A stretch of 63,999 nt of DNA, the filler included, from Sphacelaria rigidula (lineage: Eukaryota), in NCBI GenBank assembly GCA_964200075.2. It is 3 parts of 3 records of this genome, joined end to end, with 100 filler letters (N's around TTAATTAATTAA, not from the genome) between each part and the next. Parts side by side here need not be neighbours in the genome. Positions count along the whole stretch, not along the records: positions 1 to 21,767 come from CAXNAA020000387.1; positions 21,868 to 43,627 come from CAXNAA020000388.1; 1 more part is not named here. One strand, 5' to 3'. Under the pieces are notes generated by a model, which worked only from the letters and a program-made list of their open reading frames with translations, was not told the origin of the DNA and searched no databases. Of the stretch, positions 15,001 through 25,400 are shown in pieces; position 1 is the first letter of the stretch, and every line of letters begins with the position of its first letter. The position numbers were made by a program, and so were the translations under genes.

Positions 15001-18000
15001 GGAGCTCTTAGGAATCACAGCGCTGTAAAGACCCTCCCAATGTCCTGCACTCATTTGGGCTAGCATTCTCGGGTGAAGCGGTTCACCACACTTGCACGGA
15101 AGTGTGAAAAGGATATACCATGCATCACCCTTTATGGTCTTCGAACATCAACCACATAGGATCAAAATGCGGTTACTGGAGTTTTTTGCATGACCCATTT
15201 CGATTGCGATAAACGTCAACAACTTTACCGACAATTCTCGGCTATACAGTTGAACGTCAAGATGCATCAAGCAAGCATCAACCGGGAACAAGCATCTCAC
15301 CGGTGAGAGCCTCCTCCGCGGCGACCATGCCCGCTCCCTGTCCCGAAACAGCTACTGCCTGTCCCAAAGAAATGCTTTCCGGAGTGTCTTCCTCCTGTAC
15401 CGATTCGATTACAAGTTCGCTCTTGACTCCACTACCAGCGGTGGCACCCTGTGACGTCGTGTATCGCGCGGGGCACTCGAGTGTTCAAACACGCACACAA
15501 GGTACATCGCACGGGGCGCTCGTGGTTGCTGCTGGATGGGACAGCATATCGATAGCAGCGCGACGTTCACCAGTCGTTTTTAAATGTGAGGGAAAAGACG
15601 CCTGCAAACGCTAGATCCCGCCGCAGATCGCATTTTGTGTCATACCTCCATCACCGGCTCTCCCACCACCAGCTTGATCGTTCCCTGGACATTCTTGTCA
15701 CGAGTGCCCTCGCGCTGCATCAGAGTGAGGTCCAACTCACGGCCCACCTCGAGATCGTCCCAGGATAGGGTCACCTGACCCAAGAAGTCTCCACGCATCC
15801 CTGTAACACAGTTCACAGTGCGTTGTCACCGAGCAGTTGGAAGTGAAGCCCAACACCGCGGCACGCATGCAGCCTCGGCAAGCGACAACAAAACGTTTTG
15901 CACTACGAAAAGAACTCGAAACGGAGTGACCGCCATCTTTTTGCTGAAATTGTGCAGAAATATGAGGAAAAGCACCGTAGTAGTTGCAACGCTACTTCGT
16001 CTCACCCCAGTCCTCATCCCACAGCTGCACGACCACGTCGCAGTCATTCGTACTTCCTACCACACGCAGCGGCAACGTCTCTGCAGGCGCGCTCCACACA
16101 GGGTTCTGAGTCTTGTACAAGGTCCGCGTGTGACCAATCTCGCGGCTGTTGACAAGCACCATCGCGTACGGGTCCGCCGAGCCAAACGTGTCCGCCTTGG
16201 CGAGACCGGAAGCTGACACAATCGTCAGCGACACATTCACCTGAAGAATGGATTGAGTTTCCGGGAGGAGCAAAGGAAACACGGTGGATACGGGGAGACG
16301 TAGATTTTGGGGTACGCCGTTTGAGTGCTCCTGACATGACGATGTACCGTATCGAGCAACTAAACTGCGGCAAACTCATGCGTGCCATAACGACAGCAGT
16401 ACAGAGAATGCAGGCCTCGTTCTTTAGCCAATGTTGTATTTTCACCCCTGCCTTTTCATGACACCCACCTCTCTCTTCATATCGCCGGCAGGTCGGTGGC
16501 CCGTAGAAACGGCTGCGTCAGAGTCTACCTCGAGACCCTGCTCCTGCTCGACCCCCTCGCCCACAGAGTTCGTCATCCCGGTGGAGGCTATGGCCTCGGT
16601 CATAGCGATACGCGTCACCTTTGTTCCGGAAGTGCTCGACGAGGTAGAGCCAAGGTCGCCGTGCTCGGCCTGCTTTGCCGGGGGTGTGATGGAGAGTACC
16701 GATCACGGGCCGATTCAAGCACAGTTTCCGGAGTCATGGAACAGAGAATATGATGTTTGAAACATGGTGGTTGAGGTATTTAACGGGAGGAGGGAGGAAG
16801 ATCTTCGACCATGATGAAAATCTACAATCATACTGAGATATTGACAACACCGGTAATCTGCAATGTGATCGATGAAGTTTCCCGAGAGAAAAAAACGACC
16901 GCGCCTCGGTATCCAAAACCGTCATATTCTACCCCACGGCTAAGCTTCGGTAGTGAAATGGTCATCGCCCACTACCGAGGGAGCCCTCGCCTCGTCACGT
17001 GCCCACTGCTATTCCTCGCCGTTTACAGTAAAGATGGTGCCTGCATAGTGCACGCATCATTTCACGCACCTCCACCACCGGCTCTCCCACGAGCAGCTTG
17101 ATCGTCCCTCCAACAGATCCACCGCGAACGCCCCTGGGCCGCACCAGGGTGAGATCTAACTCGCGCCCAATCTCGAGGTCATCCCAGGCTAGGAGTGCGT
17201 GGCCCAAGAAATCTCCTCGCATCCCTATTGTGCAGTTCATAGTACAACACCGTGTGTCACATCGATGATATCCAATGACATAAATCTGGCACGAGAAAAC
17301 CTCCACAAGTGTCTGCAGGATAGGTGCCATCTTGACTAACCACAACAGTTTCATTGCTGCAAGATATACACAGCCACTGACGATCGACACGCGGCGCCAA
17401 GACTGTGCGCTCAGGATCACGGTTGGATCCTGGTTGTGCTTGTCAAGGACTCGCGAGTGATTCTTGAGCAATATACATCGCCGAGGCTGTTGCAATTATC
17501 TCCACAAAGCACACCGAACACGGAGAAATGCCTCACCCAAGTCCTCGTCCCACAGTTGCACTACAACTTGGTAGTTGTAAGGGTTGCCCGATACCCGGAG
17601 CGGGAATGTCTCCTTGGGATCGCTCCACACGGGATTTTGGGTCTTGAACAGGGTCCGCGTGCGACCGATCTCGCGGCGATTCACGAGCACCACCGCGTAA
17701 GGGTCTGACGAGCCGATGACGTCTGCCTTGGCGAGGCCCGTGGCTGACACGATGGTCAATGACACCTGGCATAGTATACAAGTGGTGAGGAGGAGCAAAG
17801 ATGAGAGGGTAGAGCGCATCGTCGGGGTTGGGTGGAGGAATTGCGGTACTTGAGTGCGCGTTTCAAGTGAATGGAAGTATAGCCACGTGTGAGAAGGGCA
17901 AAACCAGCAAATTTCTCTCGCATGAGCCTGTTGATATTTCACGCTTTGTGCTCGACAAAGGATTTCACAATCCTCCAACTCATCTAACCGTACAGTGTTT

Positions 18001-20891
18001 TTACCTCCTTCTCGACGAAACCATCAGCCATGGTCTGCCCGCTGGTGACGGCGGCGACCGAAGTGCCCACGGCCTGCTCTTGCTCTTCTTCGACCACGCT
18101 GATCGCAGGCTCTCCCAACAACAGCTTGATGGTGCCCTCCACTGATCCACCCTGAACGCCCTTGCGCTGGCGCAGAGCGAGGTTCAACTCGCGCCCGACC
18201 TCGAGATCTTCCCAGGCTAGAGATGCCTCACCCAGGAAGCCTCCGCGCATCCCTGAAATGCGAGAAAATTTCAGGTATTTTGTGTATAGGATGCGCGGAG
18301 CGATGCGGACGTGGCGCAGCGATCATGTAAGAAGAACAAAGAATGATACGGCCGGCGGCGAACGCTTCATAGACACCCTTGCTCTCATCGTATTCAACAC
18401 AGCACGTCCTGGAGTTAAATTCCGAGAGTACCAGCCATCACAATCGATCGAATACTTCGTTCGTGATCCCCACAAGAGCGTACAACGATCTCTCGTCCAC
18501 AAGAGATGACTCACCCAAGTCTTCGTCCCACAGCTGCACCACGACGTCGCGGTCATCCGTGCCACCCGACACCCGCAGCGGGAACGTCTCCTTAGGCTCC
18601 CTCCATACGGGATTCCGAGTTCTGAAGAGGGTCCGGGTGCGACCAATCTCGCGGTCGTTCACAAGCACGACTGCGTATGGGTCCGACGAGCCGATCATGT
18701 CTGCCTTGCCGAGGCCAGTAGCGGAGATAATCGTTACCGATACCTGGCAACAGTAACAGCAGTTGTACGTGGAGACTATTCATATAAAGGACATTCGTAT
18801 GTGACCATACACGCTTGGAAAACCGGACGTTTCGGTGAGGGCGAAGGGTGCTGACTATTCACGTACATAATACTTTTGTGCAACCCCTCGCTCGCACTAC
18901 TGAAGCGATGAATTTCACATCTTCTGTACGTTCTTGCACGCATTCCGGCAACCAGTTTCACGCATCATTGAAAGCGGCTTTACCTGCTTTTCGACAGACA
19001 CACGGGAAGAGGTCTCCTCGTGGCTTGAGGCATCCACGCCTCCGGATACCGTGTCGAGTCCCTGTTCTCCCTCGAACGCCGCAGCCGTCGTCCCGACAGG
19101 AGCCATGACCTCGTTCTTCTCGGTACGGGTGATCCTCTCGCCGGTACGAGCTGTCTTCTTTGCGGAGGTGATCGACGCGTGGAGGTCGCTCGTCGTGTCC
19201 TCAGACAGACGTGCTGCTGCTGTGTCCTCCTCGGTATCAGGCGTGCGCTGCACCTCTCCACCAACGGCGGCCTGCTAAATCAGGGATGCGGTGACCGAGT
19301 TGTCGTCAGGGAGGAACAAGCTACTGGCTGTTCGGATCGATGCTGTCCGAAGCGGCCGATCGAAAATGGTCACTTTTGAGTCGGCAAGCCCGGCGAGGGT
19401 AAGGTGAGCAGCAACTCCAGCACTGAGACTTGTGGCGTGCCGGAATGAGTGGGCGATATAGGCGATTGCTGGAGAACACTGCAAAAAGCAAAGAGCGTGA
19501 CGCCACTTGTTGTGCATCTACGTGCCTTACACGATTAGACGGTCTCGTATGAGCAGGTCACGTTCCTTCGCAGAACCGCCACCTGTCACAACCTTCACGT
19601 TCATACTATTCTCACCTCATTTTCAACGGTCACACCACTCGCTGACAGCCCGCTGATAGTGGAGGCCGCTGTAGCGCTCAAGGCTAGCCCTTGCTCCTCC
19701 TCGACCACCCCGGTCGTCGGATCTCCCACCAGCAATTGGATAGTGCCCTTCACAGATCCGCCGTAGACACCCTTCCGCGGAACCAGCGTCAAGTCAAGCT
19801 CGCGCCCGATCTCGAGATCTTCCCAGGCTAGAGACACCCCACCTAGGAAATCTCCGCGCATCCCTGTCGTGAAGTGGAGAATACAGCACGATGTGAAGAG
19901 AACAAAGAAACACCATTTTGATTGTCATACCGTGGCGCTCACCACGATGCAAAACGCCTTCATATCTGGGATTGGTCGAACCAGCATCAAACACAAGGGT
20001 TAGCACGAGAACCGTCAGGTGTGCGTCTATTCGTTCGGGGATGCTGAGTGGCAACCAGCACATTCTGGACTGAGAACGCAACCGGGCGTCGTGCCTCAAC
20101 AACCGGTACCGAACAATCATCTCCCCGCAAGGTCTAGGTTTCTTCGAAACAAGGAGGTCATTTTTATTTGTCGCGACGGATGTCTCACCCAAGTCCTCGT
20201 CCCACAACTGCACCACAACGTTGCAGCCATTCGCGTTGCCCGACACGAGTAGCGGGAAAACCTCCTCCGGCTCGGTCCACACGGGATTCTGAGTCTTGTA
20301 CAGCGTCCTTGTGCGGCCCACCTCACGACGGTTCACAAGCACCACCGCGTACGGATCCGACGAGCCGATCAAGTCTGCCTTGACGAGACCGGTGGCTGAT
20401 CTGATGGTCAAGGACACCTGGTGTGCGAAATCGGTGAAGCGGACAGACAAACGACGGAAGCGCACGAGATAAACGCAAGGCACACCGCAGGGACAAGGAT
20501 TACTCGGTACATTGCAAGGCTCAAGCTAGAGCAGTGCAGCTCGCCGTGCAGTGGTGCGCCCGCAGTGATTCAATGGTCCTGGGAATACCGCAATCTTGCC
20601 TTCCTCCACCTGTCACAGTATTTTCCCACGTCCACACTACACCCACCTCCTTCACGGTAACACTGCCTGCGGCCTCCTGATCGGTGACGGCGGCGACCCC
20701 ATTCCCCACAACTATTCCTTCCTCCTCGTCGACCACCTCAACCATGGGCTCTCCCACGAGCAGCTTGATTGTCCCCTTGACTGTCCCGCCCTGGACGCCC
20801 TTACGTTGAAGCAGGGTGAGGTCCAACTCGCGCCCGATCTCGAGATCCTCCCAGGCTAGGTTTGCCTCGCCGAGGAAATCTCCGCGCATCC
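1..20891 (-). CDS. Giant multi-C2-domain protein (at least 15 complete C2 domains plus one half, with S/T/E/A-rich linker exons); partial at both ends
   Basis: Repeating exon A (VSLTIVSATGLAKADxxGSSDPYAVVLVN..EIGRTRTLFKTQNPVW..P.ETFPLRV....VVVQLWDEDL) and exon B (GMRGDFLGEASLAWEDLEIGRELDLTL..RKGV.GGSVKGTIKLLVGEP) carry classical C2 motifs (SDPY, NPVW, WDxD, DFLG). GT-AG boundaries keep one frame. The last exon (358 to 1) is probably a Thr-rich frame running off the window, and the 5' part lies beyond the gap at 21768. Confidence 0.92.
430..1225 (-). CDS. C2 module 15 (A 1225-991, short B 603 to 449 or 430)
   Basis: C2 motifs; two candidate donors for exon B. Confidence 0.85.
1479..2516 (-). 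CDS. C2 module 14 (A 2516-2282, B 1726-1479)
   Basis: C2 motifs; GT-AG. Confidence 0.87.
2697..3852 (-). CDS. C2 module 13 (A 3852-3621, extended B 3103-2697)
   Basis: C2 motifs; GT-AG. Confidence 0.86.
3225..3660 (-). repeat. Tandem duplication of the exon A13 3' end, donor site and intron (about 3225-3420 vs 3465-3660)
   Basis: ...ctttgccggtgggtc...caacgcgttgac.ttttcat.gac.aagca...catcgcc.agacc.caa.cggt....ccacac.agaaagt...cccaa..cct.gtcccacag occurs twice. Confidence 0.75.
4105..4901 (-). CDS. C2 module 12 (A 4901-4664, B 4343-4105)
   Basis: C2 motifs; GT-AG. Confidence 0.88.
5099..5836 (-). CDS. C2 module 11 (A 5836-5602, B 5331-5099)
   Basis: C2 motifs; GT-AG. Confidence 0.88.
6053..6874 (-). 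CDS. C2 module 10 (A 6874-6640, B 6300-6053)
   Basis: C2 motifs; GT-AG. Confidence 0.88.
7129..8010 (-). CDS. Two linker exons (8010-7893; 7406-7129)
   Basis: Phase-compatible S/T-rich exons ending SGEKQ|gt. Confidence 0.6.
8179..8971 (-). CDS. C2 module 9, divergent and lacking most Ca2+ ligands (A 8971-8737, B 8333-8179)
   Basis: GIKKGWWVTKPSPY...WDAVG|GKKPNFLG in place of ADxxGSSDPY...WDEDL|GMRGDFLG. Confidence 0.85.
9303..10433 (-). CDS. Two linker exons (10433-10292; 9601-9303)
   Basis: Phase-compatible (0-1, 1-0) S/T/A/E-rich exons. Confidence 0.6.
10657..11287 (-). CDS. C2 module 8 (A 11287-11059, short B 10811-10657)
   Basis: C2 motifs; exon A is nearly identical to module 5 exon A. 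Confidence 0.88.
11408..11590 (-). pseudogene. Decayed relic of a C2 exon A inside an intron
   Basis: Recognisable remnant (..IGRTRTLFRSQNPVWDEPNKVFPLRV..) with a degraded 5' part and no 3' WDEDL end. Confidence 0.7.
11651..12384 (-). CDS. C2 module 7 (A 12384-12156, B 11898-11651)
   Basis: C2 motifs; GT-AG. Confidence 0.88.
12597..13390 (-). CDS. C2 module 6 (A 13390-13162, B 12844-12597)
   Basis: C2 motifs; GT-AG. Confidence 0.88.
13681..14519 (-). CDS. C2 module 5 (A 14519-14291, B 13928-13681)
   Basis: C2 motifs; GT-AG. Confidence 0.88.
14713..15448 (-). CDS. Two linker exons (15448-15301 phase 0-1; 14954-14713 phase 1-0)
   Basis: Phase-compatible GT-AG exons, S/T/E-rich, ending SSVEKE|gt. 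Confidence 0.6.
15646..16240 (-). CDS. C2 module 4 (A 16240-16006, short B 15800-15646)
   Basis: C2 motifs; GT-AG. Confidence 0.88.
16469..16700 (-). CDS. Linker exon (5' boundary approximate)
   Basis: Ends ...EQEQGLEVDSDAAVSTGHRPAGDMKRE|gt, resembling the tail of long B exons. Confidence 0.5.
17070..17765 (-). CDS. C2 module 3 (A 17765-17537, short B 17224-17070)
   Basis: C2 motifs; GT-AG. Confidence 0.88.
18005..18743 (-). CDS. C2 module 2 (A 18743-18515, B 18252-18005)
   Basis: C2 motifs; exon B has GFLG instead of DFLG. Confidence 0.88.
18984..19271 (-). CDS. Linker exon (288 nt, phase 0-0), acidic/Thr-rich
   Basis: cag|AAVGGEVQRTP...RVSVEKQ|gt; in frame. Confidence 0.65.
19616..20417 (-). 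CDS. C2 module 1 (exon A 20417-20189, exon B 19863-19616)
   Basis: C2 motifs; GT-AG; phases 0/1/0. Confidence 0.88.
20647..20891 (-). CDS. C2 module 0, exon B only (its exon A is not in the contig)
   Basis: ag|GMRGDFLGEANLAWEDLEIGRELDL...VKE|gt. Confidence 0.85.
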
Positions 20892-21289
20892 CTGTCGAGC
20901 ATTTCATGATGCACCACGATGAACACGATACGCGTAATTCAATTTGAATGCTAGAATGCAGTAGTGGCCACAAAACGTGATACTTGCAGCAGCCGTGAGA
21001 CCGTAGGATGGTTACAATCGTGCCTGTACCAAACACAACGGGCAGTCTTCTGCCCGCAGCGAATGGCTATGCGCTCCGTATTGCGGTAGCATTCTTCACG
21101 GTAATCATCTCGTCCTGCAGTTGGAACGCAACGCCGTTGCGAAATGCAGCCATCAAGTGCATACACTTTGCTCGTAGCGCACGGCTCTGAGTTCTCCTGA
21201 AGCACTGAATCTCGGGCGACAAGCGCGAGAACTATCGCCCTGTTTGAAGGACACTGTTGATTCCAATCCCGACAGCAATGGTTCATTCC

Positions 21290-21690
21290 TAGAGCTCGGA
21301 AATCGCACCAGTTACAAATAGCCACTATCATTATAATGGTAATAATGGCAATGGTTTTATCAGGATTTGGATCATAGTTTCTAACCAGTATTTACCGTTG
21401 CCGGCCTTTGCTGTTACCAGCCACGTACGCTACACACAGCACGCAGCTAGAGTAGACAATACACAACATGCGGCAGCAGTCCCATTGTTGTTTCATAAAA
21501 CAATTGAAAATAGGCTAATTTATTCTAATCGAAATTCCAAGCCAAATACGCTATAGTTTTGCCTTTGAAAAATGGCCCAAATCTCCCTTTTGTTTCAGCT
21601 CTAGTGAAGCCAAATCGAGTGAAAACTTGCCTCAGGCACAGAGCGCCTCCGGCGGGGCCCCCTCTGCCGGGGGGGGGGGGGGGGGGGGGG
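21290..21690 (+). mobile_element. Non-autonomous hAT-type element (same family as 56100-56483), truncated near the gap
   Basis: Starts TAGAGCTCGGAAAT; aligns by eye with 56100-56360. Confidence 0.7.
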
Positions 21691-21767
21691 GGGTGTCTTT
21701 TTTTTTTTTTGCCCTGAGTGGTTTACCCTTTTCCACCCCTTCCTTTTTTGGGGGGGGGGGAGGAGGG

Positions 21768-21867
21768 NNNNNNNNNNNNNNNNNNNNNNNNNNNNNNNNN
21801 NNNNNNNNNNNTTAATTAATTAANNNNNNNNNNNNNNNNNNNNNNNNNNNNNNNNNNNNNNNNNNNN
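21768..21867. other. Artificial scaffold spacer N44-TTAATTAATTAA-N44
   Basis: Exactly 100 bp; the 12-mer gives stop codons in all six frames; identical spacer at 43628. Confidence 0.97.
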
Positions 21868-21929
21868 TGCATGATCATGAGAAAAACCCCCCGACATCAA
21901 GATCATGAGTACCCCCCTCCCCCCCGGTG

Positions 21930-22310
21930 TCCCGTCTCGAAAGGGATGCATGGTCAATGGTCGAACGACTAAGGCAAGCAACAGATGAGTACGCCCCCAC
22001 CCCCGAAAGTGTTAGAGGGGGAAATATGGGAAGTTTACGAAGGTGGAATGAAAACGTTCGATGTATTATACAGTGGCGAGAAAACGATGGCTATATTACA
22101 AGATAGATGGTGGCCACAGACGGCGATTCAGGAAGGGGACAAGATACGTAAAAGTGTTTTGTGTAATGTATGGAAGAAACGTTACGTGCGCCCAACTGTT
22201 GGAAATGTCCTTATCAGGAGTAGGAACGGTGCTCCGTCTCGAAAGGGATGCGTGGCCAATGGCCAACGACTGCGGCAAGCAATAAATAAATACGCCCCCC
22301 GCCCCCCGCC
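21930..22310 (+). repeat. Interspersed repeat, probably the 3' end of a non-LTR retroelement, with a partial tandem copy
   Basis: gtctcgaaagggatgc.tgg.caatgg.c.aacgact..ggcaagcaa occurs twice (about 21934 and 22236); residual ORF ..AILQDRWWPQTA.QEGDK..; family assignment is inferred. Confidence 0.5.
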
Positions 22311-22482
22311 CTCTGCCCATGATGAAAAACACCACACACACGGTCACCAAACACGATCCCCCCCCGCGAAAACCAATTCGGCATCGAGGTACAAGCAGCA
22401 CGGAAAAACACAAAACTACACGGGATTTACACAATAGCAATGTAGGGAACTGTTAGAAGCAATAAAGCGCGCGCACACGCAC

Positions 22483-25400
22483 CTTGAAAGAGAAGAGACA
22501 GTCAGACACTTGCTCCGCCAACTCTCTCGCCGGCTCTAGGATGATCGCCCGAGGGGTCCTGACACCCCCATGCCCGCGTTTTTTAACCGACGCCTCCTTC
22601 ACCACGCTGGAAGAAGACACCACGTGTTCCGGCGATGCCGATGAGAGTGGAGCGAAGCGGGACGTTGTCCCGTCAGACTCGTCGTTGAACGTGGGGCTGA
22701 AATCGAAAGAAGCCTGTGAGGGGTGCAAGACCGAGGATACCAAACATGAGCCTACTGTTCTGAATTTTGAAGCCTAGCTATCAGTGTGTACGTCTCACCA
22801 AGACCTGGACCTGATCACAGAGCAACCACCAACAACTATATCTAGTAGGGGGCCACATTCTCGGTAGAACAGGATAGACAACATTTGTTGCATGCATTAT
22901 TACCGGGGAGAGATGGGTTGATCCCTTGAGACCACGGACTCAGCCCGAGGAAGGGGAAGGGTTCAAAGTGCGACGAGGGAAAAAAAAAAAAGAGACTACA
23001 GTCGCAATTAAACAGCTTTCTTTTAGACCTTTAGACACCTTTAGACCGCTACAACATTCATTGATGAACGGAGAGATAGATTAAATCATTGCCGCATTGT
23101 CGCACGTCAACATTTACTCTCACGTCAAGAGTAAGTAGCTGATCCGCTCCGAACCCATGGAATATGACAACATCAACATTGACGTACCCTATTATACGAC
23201 AAAATAAGGCGGAAACACGTTGCTGAAGGTCGCATCCTAGTTTGGACATGACATCCCAAAAGTACCACCGCCAATGGCTACATGTCTATGTACAACGTGC
23301 CAGTGCCACTTCCCAGGTGCATTGTACAGAACCGCTGCAACAGCCGAAGCGTCTACACAGCTCAGCTGAGTATGGTTTTGCACCACGCCCGCATCGACGA
23401 TAAAATCGCCTACCCCATGAAACCACAGTCACTCAAGCTCAACTGTAGCTCTAAAATCTACCGCTCACCTGCGCATTCTTGAGCACTAGGGCGGGAAAAA
23501 AGGGACCCGTCGTTCCCTGGGGAAGACGGTAAGCTACGCCCAGCTGTCGACCGTTTTTGGTGAAGGAAACTTCTCCCTGGATATCCAGAGCAAGAACAGC
23601 AAGGATATCACACGCAAGAAACCACAACGCGATGTTCAGCTCGAGCATCGTGAGGGAGCGATACCAAATGGCTAGGCAATCCTTGCAAAAACCCTCCTCA
23701 TAATTATCACCATGTGTTGTGTACAACGAATGTGGAGAGCACGACCGTAACGTCGCGGGAATTTCGCGACTCCTGCATCCCACGCAACATAGGCCAAGGC
23801 CTTTCCAACCCAACGAAGTAACTTGTCGACTGACTCGGTCCCCGTACGAGGCTTACTGTTTGTAACAACAACAACAGCAACAACAGCAACAGCAGCTCCG
23901 CGCAACTCGTATATTTTCAGGTTACCCCGCAATAGCACGAGCAAAACAAAAACAAGCACAAACTTGCAGTGTACACGTCATCACATCGCGCGCCATTTGC
24001 ATGCACAGACTGATCCTTCACGAGAACAAATTTCGACTTAGTTGGTTCCGTGTACCTCTCGCCTCTACCGTGAGCAATCGTGCCCTGGCCGGAGGGCTGC
24101 CTCTCTAGCGCCCACTGAACGGCGCTCTCTGCTCTGCCAACGCAGGTGGTAAGGCAAAGCTTCCGTGCCCGAGCATACAACGCTGTGCCTTCGGTGACAC
24201 CAGATTCATATTCGAGGAGAAGGCTTTGTTTCAGCAAGATCGCTAGGAACATGCAGCTCGTGTGTGCATGAGGGTGGGCGCCCGCGCGAGATGGGCAAAG
24301 TGACCTCTAGTTTCTAAATTAATGAGCGACGAGAAGGGATGCGACTAACGTGCTGAAGTTTCGCAAGCGTGTGTGTTGTCACGCGTACCTTGTCAACATC
24401 CAACTGGCATCCCACCGTGTCCCCCTGAGCAAACGCCTCTCCATACTTTTCGAACTTCCCCGCGTGAGACTTCATCCCCGTGCCCCCGAAACCATAGCTC
24501 AGAGAATCTGTACCCAAGTTCAGCCCAGCGTTCTGGGTGGCCCATCCGAATCGACACAACCCTTCGTCGTCAACTTTTGCCTGCGGAACGGCAGACATAG
24601 AGAGGAGGACAGGGTCGAGTGTCGGTAGGATTGACAACATTGTATATATTGCGGCAATATCGGTGCTTGCGCCTTTGGGCGTCAGGCGAGGGCGTATGTA
24701 TGCCTGATCGTACTTGGCCCAGTGACTGATTTCGATTGATTGAGTGATTGTCGCACTCGAATTGATCCCCGTGGTCACCTGTTAGACAAAACTGAAACAC
24801 TCGCCAGTATGAGGTGGATCATGAAGTATATATCGTTCTTGTAGTGCCTTGACGGTAAACTGGCCGCATCGGTGCCCTTCGTCGATACGATACGATATTT
24901 CTACAATATCGGTACCGATACCCAACCGTGAAGGAGGAGGGTGGGGGTGCTTCGCGGGACCAAAGCGTCAGACAAAAGTTACCGTGTCCCAATTTTAGCG
25001 AATGCCATCTCGCACCCAGTCCGAATCCACACAGTGTCATCAACCCGAAACCCGATAAGCCTAATGTTCTCTTGGTAGATGGAGGGGGGCAGGGGGGGTG
25101 TAGTCATAATCTTGCATTCCGTTGTCATAAGACCATTGACCGCATCACTACATCCTTACATAGCCGGGAAGGATCACGCCGGGTTTTCGCCGGACCAGGC
25201 TCGCAGTCACCAAGCGCGAAGCGCCGCGATGTGTTCCGCGACTCGCATGAGGGGTGACTTGCATCCTGCTACGAATATTCGGCCCGAAGCGTATTAATTA
25301 TCCTGCATCTGGATGACAGCCGTCATCAGTTACTTCATTTTCTGGTACCGGCATTTCCAAAGATAGCGACGGGTCACACACTGCCTCATGGGTGTCTCAC

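Noticed and set aside
1023-20859. Recurrent plus-strand ORFs (..HTGFRVL..VRVRPIS...TTAYGSDEP..)
   Set aside because: Antisense shadows of the C2 exons.
1-20891. Regularly spaced repeats as a CRISPR-like array or prokaryotic system
   Set aside because: The repeats are 150-250-nt protein-coding exons with GT-AG boundaries; there are no short direct repeats with spacers and no cas genes.
21812-21823. TTAATTAATTAA as a biological motif or piggyBac target
   Set aside because: It is centred in N runs twice, so it is an assembly linker.
20891-22483. DDX1-C2 fusion gene (same strand, in line)
   Set aside because: The two are separated by an artificial spacer, DDX1 lacks its downstream motifs, and its last visible exon (phase 0) is incompatible with exon B0 (phase 1).
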